Below are positions 45,067 through 55,108 of a stretch of DNA of 64,000 bases, piece by piece. Location of the stretch: NCBI GenBank assembly GCA_036788695.1, contig DAIQMY010000001.1:236134-300133 (forward strand), written 5' to 3'. A program made the translations under genes and the position numbers. Below the pieces are notes generated by a model. That model was given only the letters and a program-made list of their open reading frames with translations. It did no database searches and had not been told where the DNA came from. This stretch comes from Candidatus Levyibacteriota bacterium (GTDB lineage Bacteria > Patescibacteriota > Microgenomatia > Levybacterales > GWA1-39-11). Numbering within the stretch: position 1 is the first letter of the stretch; the number at the start of each line of letters is the position of its first letter.

Positions 45067-46233
45067 ATGATTGATAAAGGGTATCCCCTTAACTTAAGTG
45101 GATTAAATACGAATAACTCAAATAGTTCCAATTCAGCACAGGATTCAATTCCATCACAAAATAATCCCGGTTCATTGGATAGCTTTCCTCAAATAACAAA
45201 ACTTGAGCAATTGGTTTTAAAAGCTTCTCTTCCTGTGGATTTGCATGAAAAATCTATGGGAATGATTCAGCGTTTAAAACTTATTAAGCATGAGTCGAGT
45301 TTCTTTATGGAACTTGATCAGATTGGACGATACATAGAATGGATAACTGCTCTTCCTTGGAATTTCGAAACAAAAGATATCCTTGACTTGAATCATGCAA
45401 GACAGGTCTTGGAAAAGAATCATTATGGTTTGCTTCAGGTGAAAGAACAGATTCTCCAATATCTATCCGTAATGATTATTAAAGCTTCTCAGGGAAGCTC
45501 AAAGGACCATTTTTCAAGAGCGCCAATTATTTCTCTTGTTGGACTTGCGGGAGTAGGAAAAACAACAATTGCGTACTCTATAGCCGAAGCACTAGGAAGA
45601 CGCATTGAGCGTATCCCATTTGGAGGGATGGGGGGTGCAGCTACTCTAAGAGGTCAGTCTCGATCTTCACCGGATGCTGAACCAGGAGCAGTAATGAAGG
45701 CGTTACGTCGTTCAGGGACAAACAATCCTGTTATTTTACTGGATGAGATAGACAGAGTATCTGAGGCAGCAAGAGGAGATATAATGGGGGTGTTGGTTGA
45801 ATTATTAGATCCAGAGCAAAATAGAGCATTTACTGATCACTACATAGATTACCCCTTTAATTTAGGTAACGTTTTATTTGTTGCAACGAGTAATAATACA
45901 AAAGATATCTCTACTGCAGTTTTGGATAGACTTGAAGTGATTCAAATGCCTTCTTATGCGGACGCAGAAAAAATTACGATTGCGAAGAACTATTTACTGC
46001 CTAAAATTCTTGCTGAATCAGGATTTACAGCAAATTCGGTGATAGTAACTGACGCGGTTTGGGCAGAAATTGTGCGACCCCTCGGATATGATCCGGGAAT
46101 TCGTTCTCTTGCTCGTGCGGTTCAGGATATGGTAAGAAAAGTTGCACTGTTTCAATTAGATGGAAAGCTGCCTAAAGGGCAACCGTTTAATTTAACAGAT
46201 CAGAATCTACGTCAATTTATCCCTCAATGGTAG
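45067..46233 (+). CDS. Lon-like AAA+ ATPase module without LAN or peptidase domains
   Basis: Aligns with the Lon pre-AAA helix and AAA+ module, including ALPWNF...HYGLLQVKEQILQYLSV, GLAGVGKTTIAYSIAEALGRRIERIPFGGMGGAATLRGQSRS, VILLDEIDRVSEAARGDIMGVLVELLDPEQNRAFTDHY and LFVATSNN. The ORF ends right after the AAA+ lid, and the next gene is RNase J. Confidence 0.65.
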   Translation: MIDKGYPLNLSGLNTNNSNSSNSAQDSIPSQNNPGSLDSFPQITKLEQLVLKASLPVDLHEKSMGMIQRLKLIKHESSFFMELDQIGRYIEWITALPWNFETKDILDLNHARQVLEKNHYGLLQVKEQILQYLSVMIIKASQGSSKDHFSRAPIISLVGLAGVGKTTIAYSIAEALGRRIERIPFGGMGGAATLRGQSRSSPDAEPGAVMKALRRSGTNNPVILLDEIDRVSEAARGDIMGVLVELLDPEQNRAFTDHYIDYPFNLGNVLFVATSNNTKDISTAVLDRLEVIQMPSYADAEKITIAKNYLLPKILAESGFTANSVIVTDAVWAEIVRPLGYDPGIRSLARAVQDMVRKVALFQLDGKLPKGQPFNLTDQNLRQFIPQW

Positions 46234-46351
46234 GGAGTATGTGAAAAATATTTATTTTAACAGGCTTGACGATACTAAAATTTTATAATGCTTTAGAAGT
46301 CAACGTGAGTATTGAACGATTTCTTGATAGAATAGACTATTACAATTAAAA

Positions 46352-48010
46352 ATGAATGAAATAACATTTATCTCAATCGGTGGAATTGGTGATGTCACAA
46401 AAAATATGTACGCATATATATATGGGGACGAGATTTTACTGGTGGATTGTGGAATCGGATTTGCAGATAGTAATCTTCCCGGAGTTGATCTTTTAATCCC
46501 TGATATCTCTTATCTTAAGGAAGCCATTAAAAATGGGAAAAAAATTGTAGGACTTCTCTTATCTCATGGACACGAAGACCATATTGGGGCTCTTCCTTTT
46601 ATTTTGCCTCAACTTCCACAATTCCCTGTATATGGGTCAACCCTGACGGCTGCACTCGCAAACGATAAACTTTCAGAATTTGGGGTTGATAGAAGGGTTA
46701 CAGAAATACAGTTTTCTGATCCAGCGTTAAAACTTGGTGTTTTTTCAGCATCTTTTATACGAATGACGCATTCAATAATTGATGCGTCCAATATTTTAAT
46801 AGGTACACCTATTGGTAATTTTTATCACGGTTCTGATTTTAAATTTGATTTTACGCCAGTTGATGGAAAGTTATCAGAAGTGAATAAGATCGCGGCAGCT
46901 GGAGATTCAGGTATTTTATGTCTTATGTCAGACTGTCTAGGGGCAGAAAAGCATGGACATTCTCGATCTGAACAGAAGATAAAAGATTCATTTGAGCTCG
47001 CATTTAGAGAAACGAAAGGAAAAGTTTTTGTGACCACATACTCCTCTAATATCTCCCGTCTCAACCAGGCTATCGAAGTAGCTATTTCTCAGGGAAGAAA
47101 GGTTTGCTTTATGGGGAGATCACTCCTGAAAACTCGTGATGTTGGTAGGACACTTAATTATATGAAGTTTCCAAAAAAATTTGAAATACGTCCCCACGAA
47201 GTAGCAAAATATAAGCCATCAGAAGTAATGATTCTGGTAGCAGGCTCTCAGGCTCAGGAAAGTTCTGCGTTATCGAGGATTACAAATAATGACGATAGAG
47301 ATTTACGCATAGAAAAAGGAGATACCGTTATATTTTCAGCAGATCCAATTCCTGGCAACGAAGAGAACATTTATGCTTTAGTAGATAATCTCTCACGACG
47401 CGGAGCGCGTGTAATTTATTCTGAAATAACAGATGAATTTCATGTATCGGGACATGGATCTGAAAATGACTTAAAACTTTTAATTTCTCTTACAAATCCA
47501 CAATATTTTGTCCCGATTGGTGGCACATTTCGACAAATGGCAGCTTACAGGGAAATTGTAAGAGCGATGGGATACAAGGATAACAGTGCTTTTTTAATTG
47601 ACGCAGGTCAGGAGTTACATTTTTCAAAAGATGGAGTACGATTAGGACGAAAAGTATCAAACGCAACTATTTTTGTGGATCAAATGACAGGAGAGGAAGT
47701 AGAAAATTACATAGTAATAGATAGGGTAAGAATTGCCAAGGAAGGAATAATTATAATAATGGTTGAATTGGAAGCTTCAACTGGACAAATTACTGCAAAC
47801 CCGGAAATTTTAACAAAGGGTTTTGTTTACGAAAAGAAAGAAGAATTTGCTAAAGTATTGGGAGACAGTCTGAATCGCAGATTTGCAAATAAAAAAGACC
47901 CCGTCTCCTCAGTTGGCTATTATAAAAAAGCTATTGAAAAAGCTGCTGAAGAGATACTCTATAGAGAAGGACGCTCACCATTGGTTGTCCCCGTGATCAT
48001 AGAGGTGTAA
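46352..48010 (+). CDS. rnj: Ribonuclease J (metallo-beta-lactamase/beta-CASP)
   Basis: LLSHGHEDHIGALP (HxHxDH) and beta-CASP motifs, at 552 aa. Confidence 0.85.
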   Translation: MNEITFISIGGIGDVTKNMYAYIYGDEILLVDCGIGFADSNLPGVDLLIPDISYLKEAIKNGKKIVGLLLSHGHEDHIGALPFILPQLPQFPVYGSTLTAALANDKLSEFGVDRRVTEIQFSDPALKLGVFSASFIRMTHSIIDASNILIGTPIGNFYHGSDFKFDFTPVDGKLSEVNKIAAAGDSGILCLMSDCLGAEKHGHSRSEQKIKDSFELAFRETKGKVFVTTYSSNISRLNQAIEVAISQGRKVCFMGRSLLKTRDVGRTLNYMKFPKKFEIRPHEVAKYKPSEVMILVAGSQAQESSALSRITNNDDRDLRIEKGDTVIFSADPIPGNEENIYALVDNLSRRGARVIYSEITDEFHVSGHGSENDLKLLISLTNPQYFVPIGGTFRQMAAYREIVRAMGYKDNSAFLIDAGQELHFSKDGVRLGRKVSNATIFVDQMTGEEVENYIVIDRVRIAKEGIIIIMVELEASTGQITANPEILTKGFVYEKKEEFAKVLGDSLNRRFANKKDPVSSVGYYKKAIEKAAEEILYREGRSPLVVPVIIEV

Positions 48011-48113
48011 CTAACCATTCTCAGAACGCTTACAAAATAAGCTTATAGTATTGACAACTATATATATTTTGTGTTACATTGAATATGTCACATAAGAAAG
48101 GGTATACTGGTTA

Positions 48114-50273
48114 TTGCTTATGGCAAGAAAGAGAAAATATAGCAAAAGAAGAAGAGGAAGTAGGTCAAGAAAAGGTGGCCTTCATGCTAGTACAATATAT
48201 CTTCTATTTGCACTCTCATTAGCTGCTCTTTCAGGCGTATTATTTTTCTCCTTTATAGATAATTCAGGGATTTTTGCGGATGTTAATAGATACCTAATAG
48301 GTTACTTTGGATTGTTTTCGCTTCTTATTCCCATAAATCTTTTACTCATTGCTGGCGTTTTCAGTGGGATAAAAGCAATTTCAAAACTAAATATAGCAGC
48401 TGGTTTTTTTCTTTTTACAGTATGTCTTATCGCAGTTTTGCAAAGTGGGCTTGTAGGTCAGGAACTATTTTTACAATTAGCAATGCTTTTAGGAAGCGCT
48501 TTTGCGTACACTGTTTTTATTACAGGGGTGCTTATTGGAATTATAGTATTGTTTAATCTTTCCATATCTCAACTACTCCAAATAATTCTTACTGTAGTAA
48601 ATAGTGGGGCGCATACTATTTCTGAAAAAATAATTCCATTATTAAAGACAAAGAGAAATGTAGACAGCATGAAGGCTATTAAGATTCAAGGCATGAAGGA
48701 CGTGCCACAACCTACTTCAGTTCCCGCTCCTGTGACTGGAGTGAAGCAGCCTGCAGCCTCAAAGAAAGAGGGGGAAGCAGTTGATGAATTAGTTCTTAAT
48801 AAGCCTCTGGAGTTAGGTATGTGGGAGTATCCTCCACTATCATTACTTTCTGATCACCACAGTAAGGCTGAGCGTGGAGATGTAAAAAAAATAGCTGCTA
48901 CCATAGAAAGAACTCTTCAGAGTTTTGGAATTCAGTCAAAAATTGTTGAGATAAATGTGGGCCCATCAGTCACTCAATATGCTATTGAAATCGCGTCCGG
49001 AACAAAGCTTTCAAAGATTACAGGTCTTGCAAACGATTTAGCACTTGCGACCGAAGCGCCAACTGGGCAAGTCAGAATAGAAGCTCCCATTCCTGGTAGA
49101 AGTCTGGTTGGTATAGAGGTTCCAAACAGATCATTAGAGCTTGTTGGTCTCAAAGCTATACTGTCATCTCAAGTTATGCAGAAGGCTAAGTCAAAGCTAT
49201 CAGTTCCTTTAGGGCTAGACGTTTCTGGTACTCCAATTATTGCGGATATTGCCAAGATGCCTCACGTACTTATCGCAGGAACTACTGGTTCGGGAAAATC
49301 AGTGCTTATTAACGCATGGGTTTCATCATTATTATTTAGAGCAAGCCCATCTGAAGTAAAATTTATAATGATTGACCCTAAAAGAGTAGAATTAACCGGA
49401 TATAATAATATTCCTCATCTTTTAGTTCCTGTAGTCGTTGAAGCCGCCCAATCAGTTTCAGCTCTCAAGTGGGCACTAAAAGAAATGGATAGAAGATATA
49501 TAAAATTTGCAGAAAGCGGGGTAAAAAATATTGATTCATATAACGAGTTAGCAGGATTTCAGGCATTGCCTTACATTGTAATATTTATTGATGAATTAGC
49601 AGATCTTATGGCGCTTGCCCCTGTAGAGGTGGAAGATTCTATTGCAAGACTAGCACAAATGGCGAGAGCTACGGGAATTCATCTTATCTTGTCTACGCAG
49701 AGACCATCAGTTGATGTACTTACCGGGTTAATTAAGGCAAATGTGCCGTCACGTATTTCATTTTCAGTATCCTCAATGATAGATTCAAAAGTTATTATTG
49801 ATACTCCTGGAGCAGAGAAATTATTGGGGCGCGGAGATATGTTATATATTCCTCCAGATCAGGCTAAGCCTACTCGTATTCAGGGTGCATTTCTTTCTGA
49901 ACAGGATGTGAAGCGTCTTACGAATTTCATTAAATCCAGAGGTGTTCCAGTTGAGTACACAACAGAAGTTGTAGAGCAGCAAGTACATATTAAGGGTAGG
50001 GCAGGGATAAGTGGATCGCAGAATACAGAATCTGCGGGAGATGGGAAAGATGACCTTTTTGAACAGGCAGTAAGAATTGTTTGTCAGTATGATCGCGCAT
50101 CCTCATCTCTATTGCAAAGAAAACTTCAGGTCGGATTTAATAGAGCTGCACGCATTTTAGAACAGTTGGAGGAGGCGGGCGTGGTTGGACCAGGAGATGG
50201 CAGTAAACCACGAGAGGTACTAGTTACAGACCCTGATACATTTCTTGCGAATGCCTCGGGACCACAGCAGTAA
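48114..50273 (+). CDS. ftsK: DNA translocase FtsK/SpoIIIE
   Basis: Has N-terminal TMs, the motor motif HVLIAGTTGSGKSVLINA, and a gamma wHTH domain (LFEQAVRIVCQYDRASSSLLQRKLQVGFNRAARILEQLEEAGVVGP). Confidence 0.85.
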   Translation: MLMARKRKYSKRRRGSRSRKGGLHASTIYLLFALSLAALSGVLFFSFIDNSGIFADVNRYLIGYFGLFSLLIPINLLLIAGVFSGIKAISKLNIAAGFFLFTVCLIAVLQSGLVGQELFLQLAMLLGSAFAYTVFITGVLIGIIVLFNLSISQLLQIILTVVNSGAHTISEKIIPLLKTKRNVDSMKAIKIQGMKDVPQPTSVPAPVTGVKQPAASKKEGEAVDELVLNKPLELGMWEYPPLSLLSDHHSKAERGDVKKIAATIERTLQSFGIQSKIVEINVGPSVTQYAIEIASGTKLSKITGLANDLALATEAPTGQVRIEAPIPGRSLVGIEVPNRSLELVGLKAILSSQVMQKAKSKLSVPLGLDVSGTPIIADIAKMPHVLIAGTTGSGKSVLINAWVSSLLFRASPSEVKFIMIDPKRVELTGYNNIPHLLVPVVVEAAQSVSALKWALKEMDRRYIKFAESGVKNIDSYNELAGFQALPYIVIFIDELADLMALAPVEVEDSIARLAQMARATGIHLILSTQRPSVDVLTGLIKANVPSRISFSVSSMIDSKVIIDTPGAEKLLGRGDMLYIPPDQAKPTRIQGAFLSEQDVKRLTNFIKSRGVPVEYTTEVVEQQVHIKGRAGISGSQNTESAGDGKDDLFEQAVRIVCQYDRASSSLLQRKLQVGFNRAARILEQLEEAGVVGPGDGSKPREVLVTDPDTFLANASGPQQ

Positions 50274-50293
50274 TCTATTTTATAACTTCTATA

Positions 50294-50920
50294 ATGAGAA
50301 ATATTAGTGATATTTTAAAAGAGGAAAGAGAGAGGAAGGGTTTATCAATTGATGATGTCGTTAGCGCTACAAAGATTAGAAAGAGTTTTATCAACGCAAT
50401 TGAGAAAGGAGAATTTCAACAACTTCCTTCAGAAACGTACGCTCTTGGTTTTGTAAAAAACTATGCACATTTCTTGGGTTTATCAGAAAGTCGTGCGGCT
50501 GCGCTATATAGACGTGAGCACGAGGCGAAATATATAGAGATTATGCCTAAATTCAGGAAAGGGAATGTCTCCTCAGGTAGAAGAATAATACTGCGTTCGC
50601 CAAAGGGATATTTAATCATGGCGATAGCAATAGTTGTTATTACCTATATTATTTATCAATTTAGTTTTCTTTTCTTAGGACCAAAATTACGTGTTATAAC
50701 TCCAAAAAATAATCAAAGCGTTGTAAATGTCATTTCTGTTTCGGGTAAAACTGATCCATACGCTACAGTTCTTGTGAATAACGAAGAGGTATACGTTGAT
50801 TTATCTGGCAGTTTTAAGAAAAATATATATGTATATTCTGGGGATGACAAAATTATTGTTATAGCAAAAAATAGGTATGGTAAGGAAACAAAAAAAGAAA
50901 TCCCTATAAGGGTGAATTAG
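50294..50920 (+). CDS. RodZ-like protein (XRE-type HTH, TM, C-terminal beta domain)
   Basis: An N-terminal HTH (LSIDDVVSATKIRKSFINAIEKGEF), a single TM (LIMAIAIVVITYIIYQF) and a C-terminal DUF4115-like domain. Confidence 0.45.
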   Translation: MRNISDILKEERERKGLSIDDVVSATKIRKSFINAIEKGEFQQLPSETYALGFVKNYAHFLGLSESRAAALYRREHEAKYIEIMPKFRKGNVSSGRRIILRSPKGYLIMAIAIVVITYIIYQFSFLFLGPKLRVITPKNNQSVVNVISVSGKTDPYATVLVNNEEVYVDLSGSFKKNIYVYSGDDKIIVIAKNRYGKETKKEIPIRVN

Positions 50921-51039
50921 TATGTACAAAACAGAAGATATTAGGTGTGATTGTATGTAGGTAAATCAGGATTTGATTAGTTTGAGCTATTTTAGCGTAT
51001 TGATTTTGTAATTTTCACATGATACTCTGAATCACTGCC

Positions 51040-51303
51040 ATGATTGACACTGTCCAGCTTGTTTTATTATTTGTTATCGTATTACTAGCAGTTTTGTTTG
51101 TAATACTCGGGATTCAGGTTTTCCTTATTCTTCGTGAATTAAGAACCACGCTTATTAAGACAAATAAAATTTTAGATGAGGTAGATTCACTCACAGAAAG
51201 CGTGTCAGAGCCTCTATCATTTATTTCTGGTCTTCTCTTTTCATCAAAAACATTTGCCACAATTGCAAGCTTCTTGAGGCGGAGTAAAGAAAAACATGAA
51301 TAA
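51040..51303 (+). CDS. Small membrane protein, DUF948/YtxG-like
   Basis: An N-terminal TM followed by an amphipathic helix. It pairs with the downstream YtxH-like gene. Confidence 0.3.
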   Translation: MIDTVQLVLLFVIVLLAVLFVILGIQVFLILRELRTTLIKTNKILDEVDSLTESVSEPLSFISGLLFSSKTFATIASFLRRSKEKHE

Positions 51304-51631
51304 CTCACATCACGAAAAAAAAGGCGGGAACTTCTTTAATGGTTTTTTTTGGGGAGCTGTTTTAGGTGGGGGGTTTGCTTATCTTTTGTCCACAAAAAGA
51401 GGAAGAGACCTTCTAAAAGATCTTATTTCTGATGGGGTAGATATGCTTGATGGATTAACGCAAGAGCCTGAGACTGCAGAGGAAGAGCAATATGCAGCGA
51501 CACAAGAACCATTTGTTAGTGAAGAACAAGAAGATGTAAATGTGCCTTCTGCCGCAACAAAGCAACACATACAGAAGGAGACTCCTTCTCCCCTCGTTAA
51601 GAAAAGATTTTTTAAAGCATCAAAAAAATGA
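51296..51631 (+). CDS. YtxH-like protein
   Basis: GFFWGAVLGGGFAYLLSTKRGRDLLKDL matches the YtxH GxxxG...K(R)G(K)ETR motif, with an acidic C-terminus. Confidence 0.4.
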   Translation: MNNSHHEKKGGNFFNGFFWGAVLGGGFAYLLSTKRGRDLLKDLISDGVDMLDGLTQEPETAEEEQYAATQEPFVSEEQEDVNVPSAATKQHIQKETPSPLVKKRFFKASKK

Positions 51632-51711
51632 TATCAATTTGTATATTCGCCAATGATATACTATAATACTAATTCTTCTGTGGGATATACTCAGAGGAAT
51701 ATATAAAAATC

Positions 51712-52665
51712 ATGGCTAAAAACGTTGTTGTTATCGGAGGCGGAACAGGTATCTTCTCAGTTCTTACAGGTCTTAAAAAATACGGTTATAACCTTTCTGC
51801 AATTGTATCAATGGCAGATGACGGTGGATCAACAGGTATACTTCGAGAAGAATTCGGAACTCTTCCTCCAGGCGACATTCGCCGCGCATTAGTAGCTTTA
51901 TCTGCAACTGATAACAAGATAGTCTCAGAGCTTTTTAACTATAGATTCTCAGGAAAAGGATCCCTTGGTGGGCACAGCCTTGGTAATCTCCTATTAACTG
52001 CGTTAGAGAAGATAACTGGTTCATTTGACCAGGCGGTAAAAGAAGCTGTTAAAATTTTAAACGTTGAAGGTGGAGTTATTCCGGTAACGCTTCTTTCAAC
52101 TTCACTTGTCGCGGAACTTGCAGATGGGACTGTGATTAAAGGAGAAACAAATATTGATATCCCAAAGCATGATGGAAGTGTTCCTGTAAAGCGCGTATAT
52201 CTTAATCCTGAAGTGTTGGCAAATCCTGAAGCTGTTGCTGCAATAAAAAATGCAGATGTTGTAATCCTGGGTCCTGGAGATTTATACACGTCTATTTTGC
52301 CAAACTTAGTTGTAAAAGATATAGCTCAAGCTCTTCACGAAACTCATGCTAAAATTGTCTATATTGTAAATATTATGACAAAATTTGGTGAAACATATGG
52401 GTTTAAGGCATCAGATTTTGTACGCGTTGTGCAGGAACACTTAGGGGGTAAGATTATTGATTATTGCCTTATTAATACCGAATTAGGAACTGGAGCATTA
52501 TTAAAACGATATCAGGAAGATAGAGAGGAGCCTGTTGCATACGACAACAGTAATTTTAAGAATGGGGTAAAAGTAATAGCTGGGGATTTTCTAAGAAAAG
52601 GAAAATATCTTCGCCACGATCCTAAAAAAATTGCGAAGGCACTTACTGAAATAATTAATGGATAA
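51712..52665 (+). CDS. YvcK/CofD-family protein (UPF0052, gluconeogenesis factor)
   Basis: VVVIGGGTGIFSVLTGLKKY...IVSMADDGGSTGILR is the family signature. Confidence 0.75.
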   Translation: MAKNVVVIGGGTGIFSVLTGLKKYGYNLSAIVSMADDGGSTGILREEFGTLPPGDIRRALVALSATDNKIVSELFNYRFSGKGSLGGHSLGNLLLTALEKITGSFDQAVKEAVKILNVEGGVIPVTLLSTSLVAELADGTVIKGETNIDIPKHDGSVPVKRVYLNPEVLANPEAVAAIKNADVVILGPGDLYTSILPNLVVKDIAQALHETHAKIVYIVNIMTKFGETYGFKASDFVRVVQEHLGGKIIDYCLINTELGTGALLKRYQEDREEPVAYDNSNFKNGVKVIAGDFLRKGKYLRHDPKKIAKALTEIING

Positions 52666-53278
52666 AAAAGAAAAAGGAAACGTTATAGCCTCAAAACTTC
52701 AGGAATTATATCCTCATCCCAAAACTCCCTTATTGTATACTAGCCCATGGGAGCTGTATGTGGCAGTTGCTCTTTCTGCACAGCAAACAGATGTTGGAGT
52801 TAATAAGTTGACTCCGCACCTTTTTAAAAAGTATAAAACTGTTGGTGACTACAGAAATGTATCATTGGAAGAATTTGAAAAAGATATTAAGACAATCAAT
52901 TTTTATAAAGGAAAGGCAAAGGCAATTAAAGAGGCAGCAAAAATAGTAGAGACGGAATATGATGGGAATCTACCTGAGACCATGGAGCAGCTTTTAGACC
53001 TGCCTTTCATAGGGAGAAAAACTGCTAACGTAATTCTTCAGGAAGCATTTGGGAAAACTGAGGGTGTTGTTGTGGACACACATGTTAAAAGACTGGCAAA
53101 TCTTTTTGGGTTAACAGAATCTCAAGACCCAATAAAAATAGAAAAAGATTTAATGGAGTTATTGCCAAAAGAAAAATGGCACGACTTTGCTTTGGGACTA
53201 ATCTATTATGGTAGAGAATATTGCAAGTCTTCATGTAAACATACCCAATGCCCTCTTAGAAGCTATATAAAATCGTAG
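52658..53278 (+). CDS. nth: Endonuclease III-like HhH-GPD glycosylase
   Basis: LDLPFIGRKTANVIL contains an HhH and the catalytic Lys context. The C-terminal Cys cluster CKSSCKHTQCP shows only 3 Cys. Confidence 0.7.
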   Translation: MDKKEKGNVIASKLQELYPHPKTPLLYTSPWELYVAVALSAQQTDVGVNKLTPHLFKKYKTVGDYRNVSLEEFEKDIKTINFYKGKAKAIKEAAKIVETEYDGNLPETMEQLLDLPFIGRKTANVILQEAFGKTEGVVVDTHVKRLANLFGLTESQDPIKIEKDLMELLPKEKWHDFALGLIYYGREYCKSSCKHTQCPLRSYIKS

Positions 53279-53493
53279 TATTTGATTCAAAAGTGGAAAT
53301 GAATACTAGTTTGCTTTTTGCGTTAATCTCAATTCTCAAAAAATTGCGTATACAATTTAAGCTAGACACGCGCTAAGTTCTAGTTTTTACTACACATTCG
53401 ATAATTATAGTTAACTGATACTAAAATAATGTTAGGTTGGTGTTAGGTTCTTATCAAGCGTGAATAAGCCACAAGAAGTATACTGCCTTTATT

Positions 53494-55077
53494 ATGAGAT
53501 CGGGAACAGTAGGGACAGTAGGAGCAGTAGGGGTGGGGGGACGCGCCTCTTTTGGCTTACAAGCATCTTCAAAGAGCCCTGGGATATCGTTTTCGCCTGA
53601 AGCTCGTACAGGAGGATCTGCAAGCTCATTTTCTTCAAGAAATCTTTCCCTTTTTAATCGTGAGGCAATTTCTCCTAAGTCATATTCTATTTTTAATATA
53701 AACCATGGGAAAGAAAGATCGCCAAAATTTGCTACAGCACCATCGCTACGTTTACAGAAAGATACAAAGGGTGTTTCTGTTGGGACTGTAAAAGAAAGAA
53801 GTGTCTCAGGTATAGCAGATGCTAAAAAAAACGGTAACCACACGAAGCCATTTTCCTTTTCCATGAATCATCAAAATGCTTATGAGAGTAAACCTAAGAC
53901 AGTAAACTCTCACTTACCTCAAAAAGAAAAATCAATAGTAAAGACAAGAAAAAATACTTTTACTGTTTTTGAGAATGGCTATTTTGGTGTGGCTCATAGG
54001 AAGGTGGATTTGAGCGTAGGCGTTACGAACAAAATAGATCGAGCGAAAGGAGTTAGGTGTCCAGGTAATGAAGTAGTATTATGGCAGAAGTCCCAGGATA
54101 AACGGGTAGTTTATAAATCTTTTGATGTGCGACACATCCATAAAGTTGCTCGTAAACCCCTTGAGCGGAATAATGTAAAAGCATATGAGAATTTTGTTAA
54201 AGAAAAACAAAGGCAAAATACAAATACAAAAAATAAGGATGTGGTTAGGACGAAAAACGCAGAAGTAGATTATGACGTTCATATTCAAAAGCAAAAAACA
54301 TTGAAAAGGAGGAAATTGTCACAAATGATTAGTATTCATCCATCTATTAGACCAGATGTTGCGGCTTTAATACGAAGAGATATTAAAGACGCAAAAAACA
54401 TGGTCCCACTCATAACCACTGCTAGAAAAGTTTCCTATGAGACAGCACAAAAAGAAGCACTTTCTTTATTGTTAAAAAAACACGAAGGAAGACTTATAAT
54501 TCATAAAGAGAAGCATCAAATTCAGGAAAAAGGAAAAGAAAAAAAGGATCGTGAATTCTCTCGTACTCCCATAATGAAATCAGAAGATAAAATATATTTT
54601 GAAAGAGATGAAGGAGCAAACAGTGCGAGAGAGGATAGGGTAGTTGAAGCATTTGATCATCTTTTAAAAAATAGAGGAGAAGATAAGGTTATTCCAAAGG
54701 GGTCTGAAGTTGCAGGCATGATCGGGCAATTAGACCAAGAGGTGAAAAGTGAAATAAAGATGGGCACATCTGGGGACGGTTCGTTTAAGGCGTTTGTTTT
54801 TGAGATCGCAAGTCTCGGGGAGTTGAAAGATGCGCGTGCGTTAAGAGAGATTACAAGACAAATTATCACAAAAATTACGGCAGTTAAGTTAACCTCAAAA
54901 ATATCCTATCTAAGCGCTTCATATGATGACGCGCGTAGAGTATATGAGACTGCTCTTCAGGGTGTAAAGGGTTTCTTTAAGGAAAAAGATTTTCTATTGG
55001 GTGAATTTAAGACGAGGGTTGATGGAGTGATACTATATGAAGCACGTGAGAAGGGCATAGCATCCGAAGTAGGATAG
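53494..55077 (+). CDS. Lysine-rich hypothetical protein (527 aa), no recognised domain
   Basis: A long ORF in a low-GC genome. It is basic with a K/E-rich middle and a more globular C-terminal third. The true start is uncertain (internal Mets). The antisense ORF 53454..53864 is judged a shadow. Confidence 0.4.
   Translation: MRSGTVGTVGAVGVGGRASFGLQASSKSPGISFSPEARTGGSASSFSSRNLSLFNREAISPKSYSIFNINHGKERSPKFATAPSLRLQKDTKGVSVGTVKERSVSGIADAKKNGNHTKPFSFSMNHQNAYESKPKTVNSHLPQKEKSIVKTRKNTFTVFENGYFGVAHRKVDLSVGVTNKIDRAKGVRCPGNEVVLWQKSQDKRVVYKSFDVRHIHKVARKPLERNNVKAYENFVKEKQRQNTNTKNKDVVRTKNAEVDYDVHIQKQKTLKRRKLSQMISIHPSIRPDVAALIRRDIKDAKNMVPLITTARKVSYETAQKEALSLLLKKHEGRLIIHKEKHQIQEKGKEKKDREFSRTPIMKSEDKIYFERDEGANSAREDRVVEAFDHLLKNRGEDKVIPKGSEVAGMIGQLDQEVKSEIKMGTSGDGSFKAFVFEIASLGELKDARALREITRQIITKITAVKLTSKISYLSASYDDARRVYETALQGVKGFFKEKDFLLGEFKTRVDGVILYEAREKGIASEVG
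53505..53540. repeat. 9-bp tandem microrepeat (ACAGTAGG-like x3-4) at the 5' end of the 527-aa ORF
   Basis: aacagtagg gacagtagg agcagtagg ggtgggggg, encoding TVGTVGAVGVGG. Confidence 0.6.
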
Positions 55078-55108
55078 GTTTTGTATGTGGTTATTTTTAT
55101 GATACAAT

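Noticed and set aside
53454-53864. Track ORF (136 aa, minus strand) with PTVPTVP repeat
   Set aside because: It is the antisense translation of the 9-bp microrepeat at the start of the 527-aa plus-strand ORF, which is the longer and more coherent reading frame.
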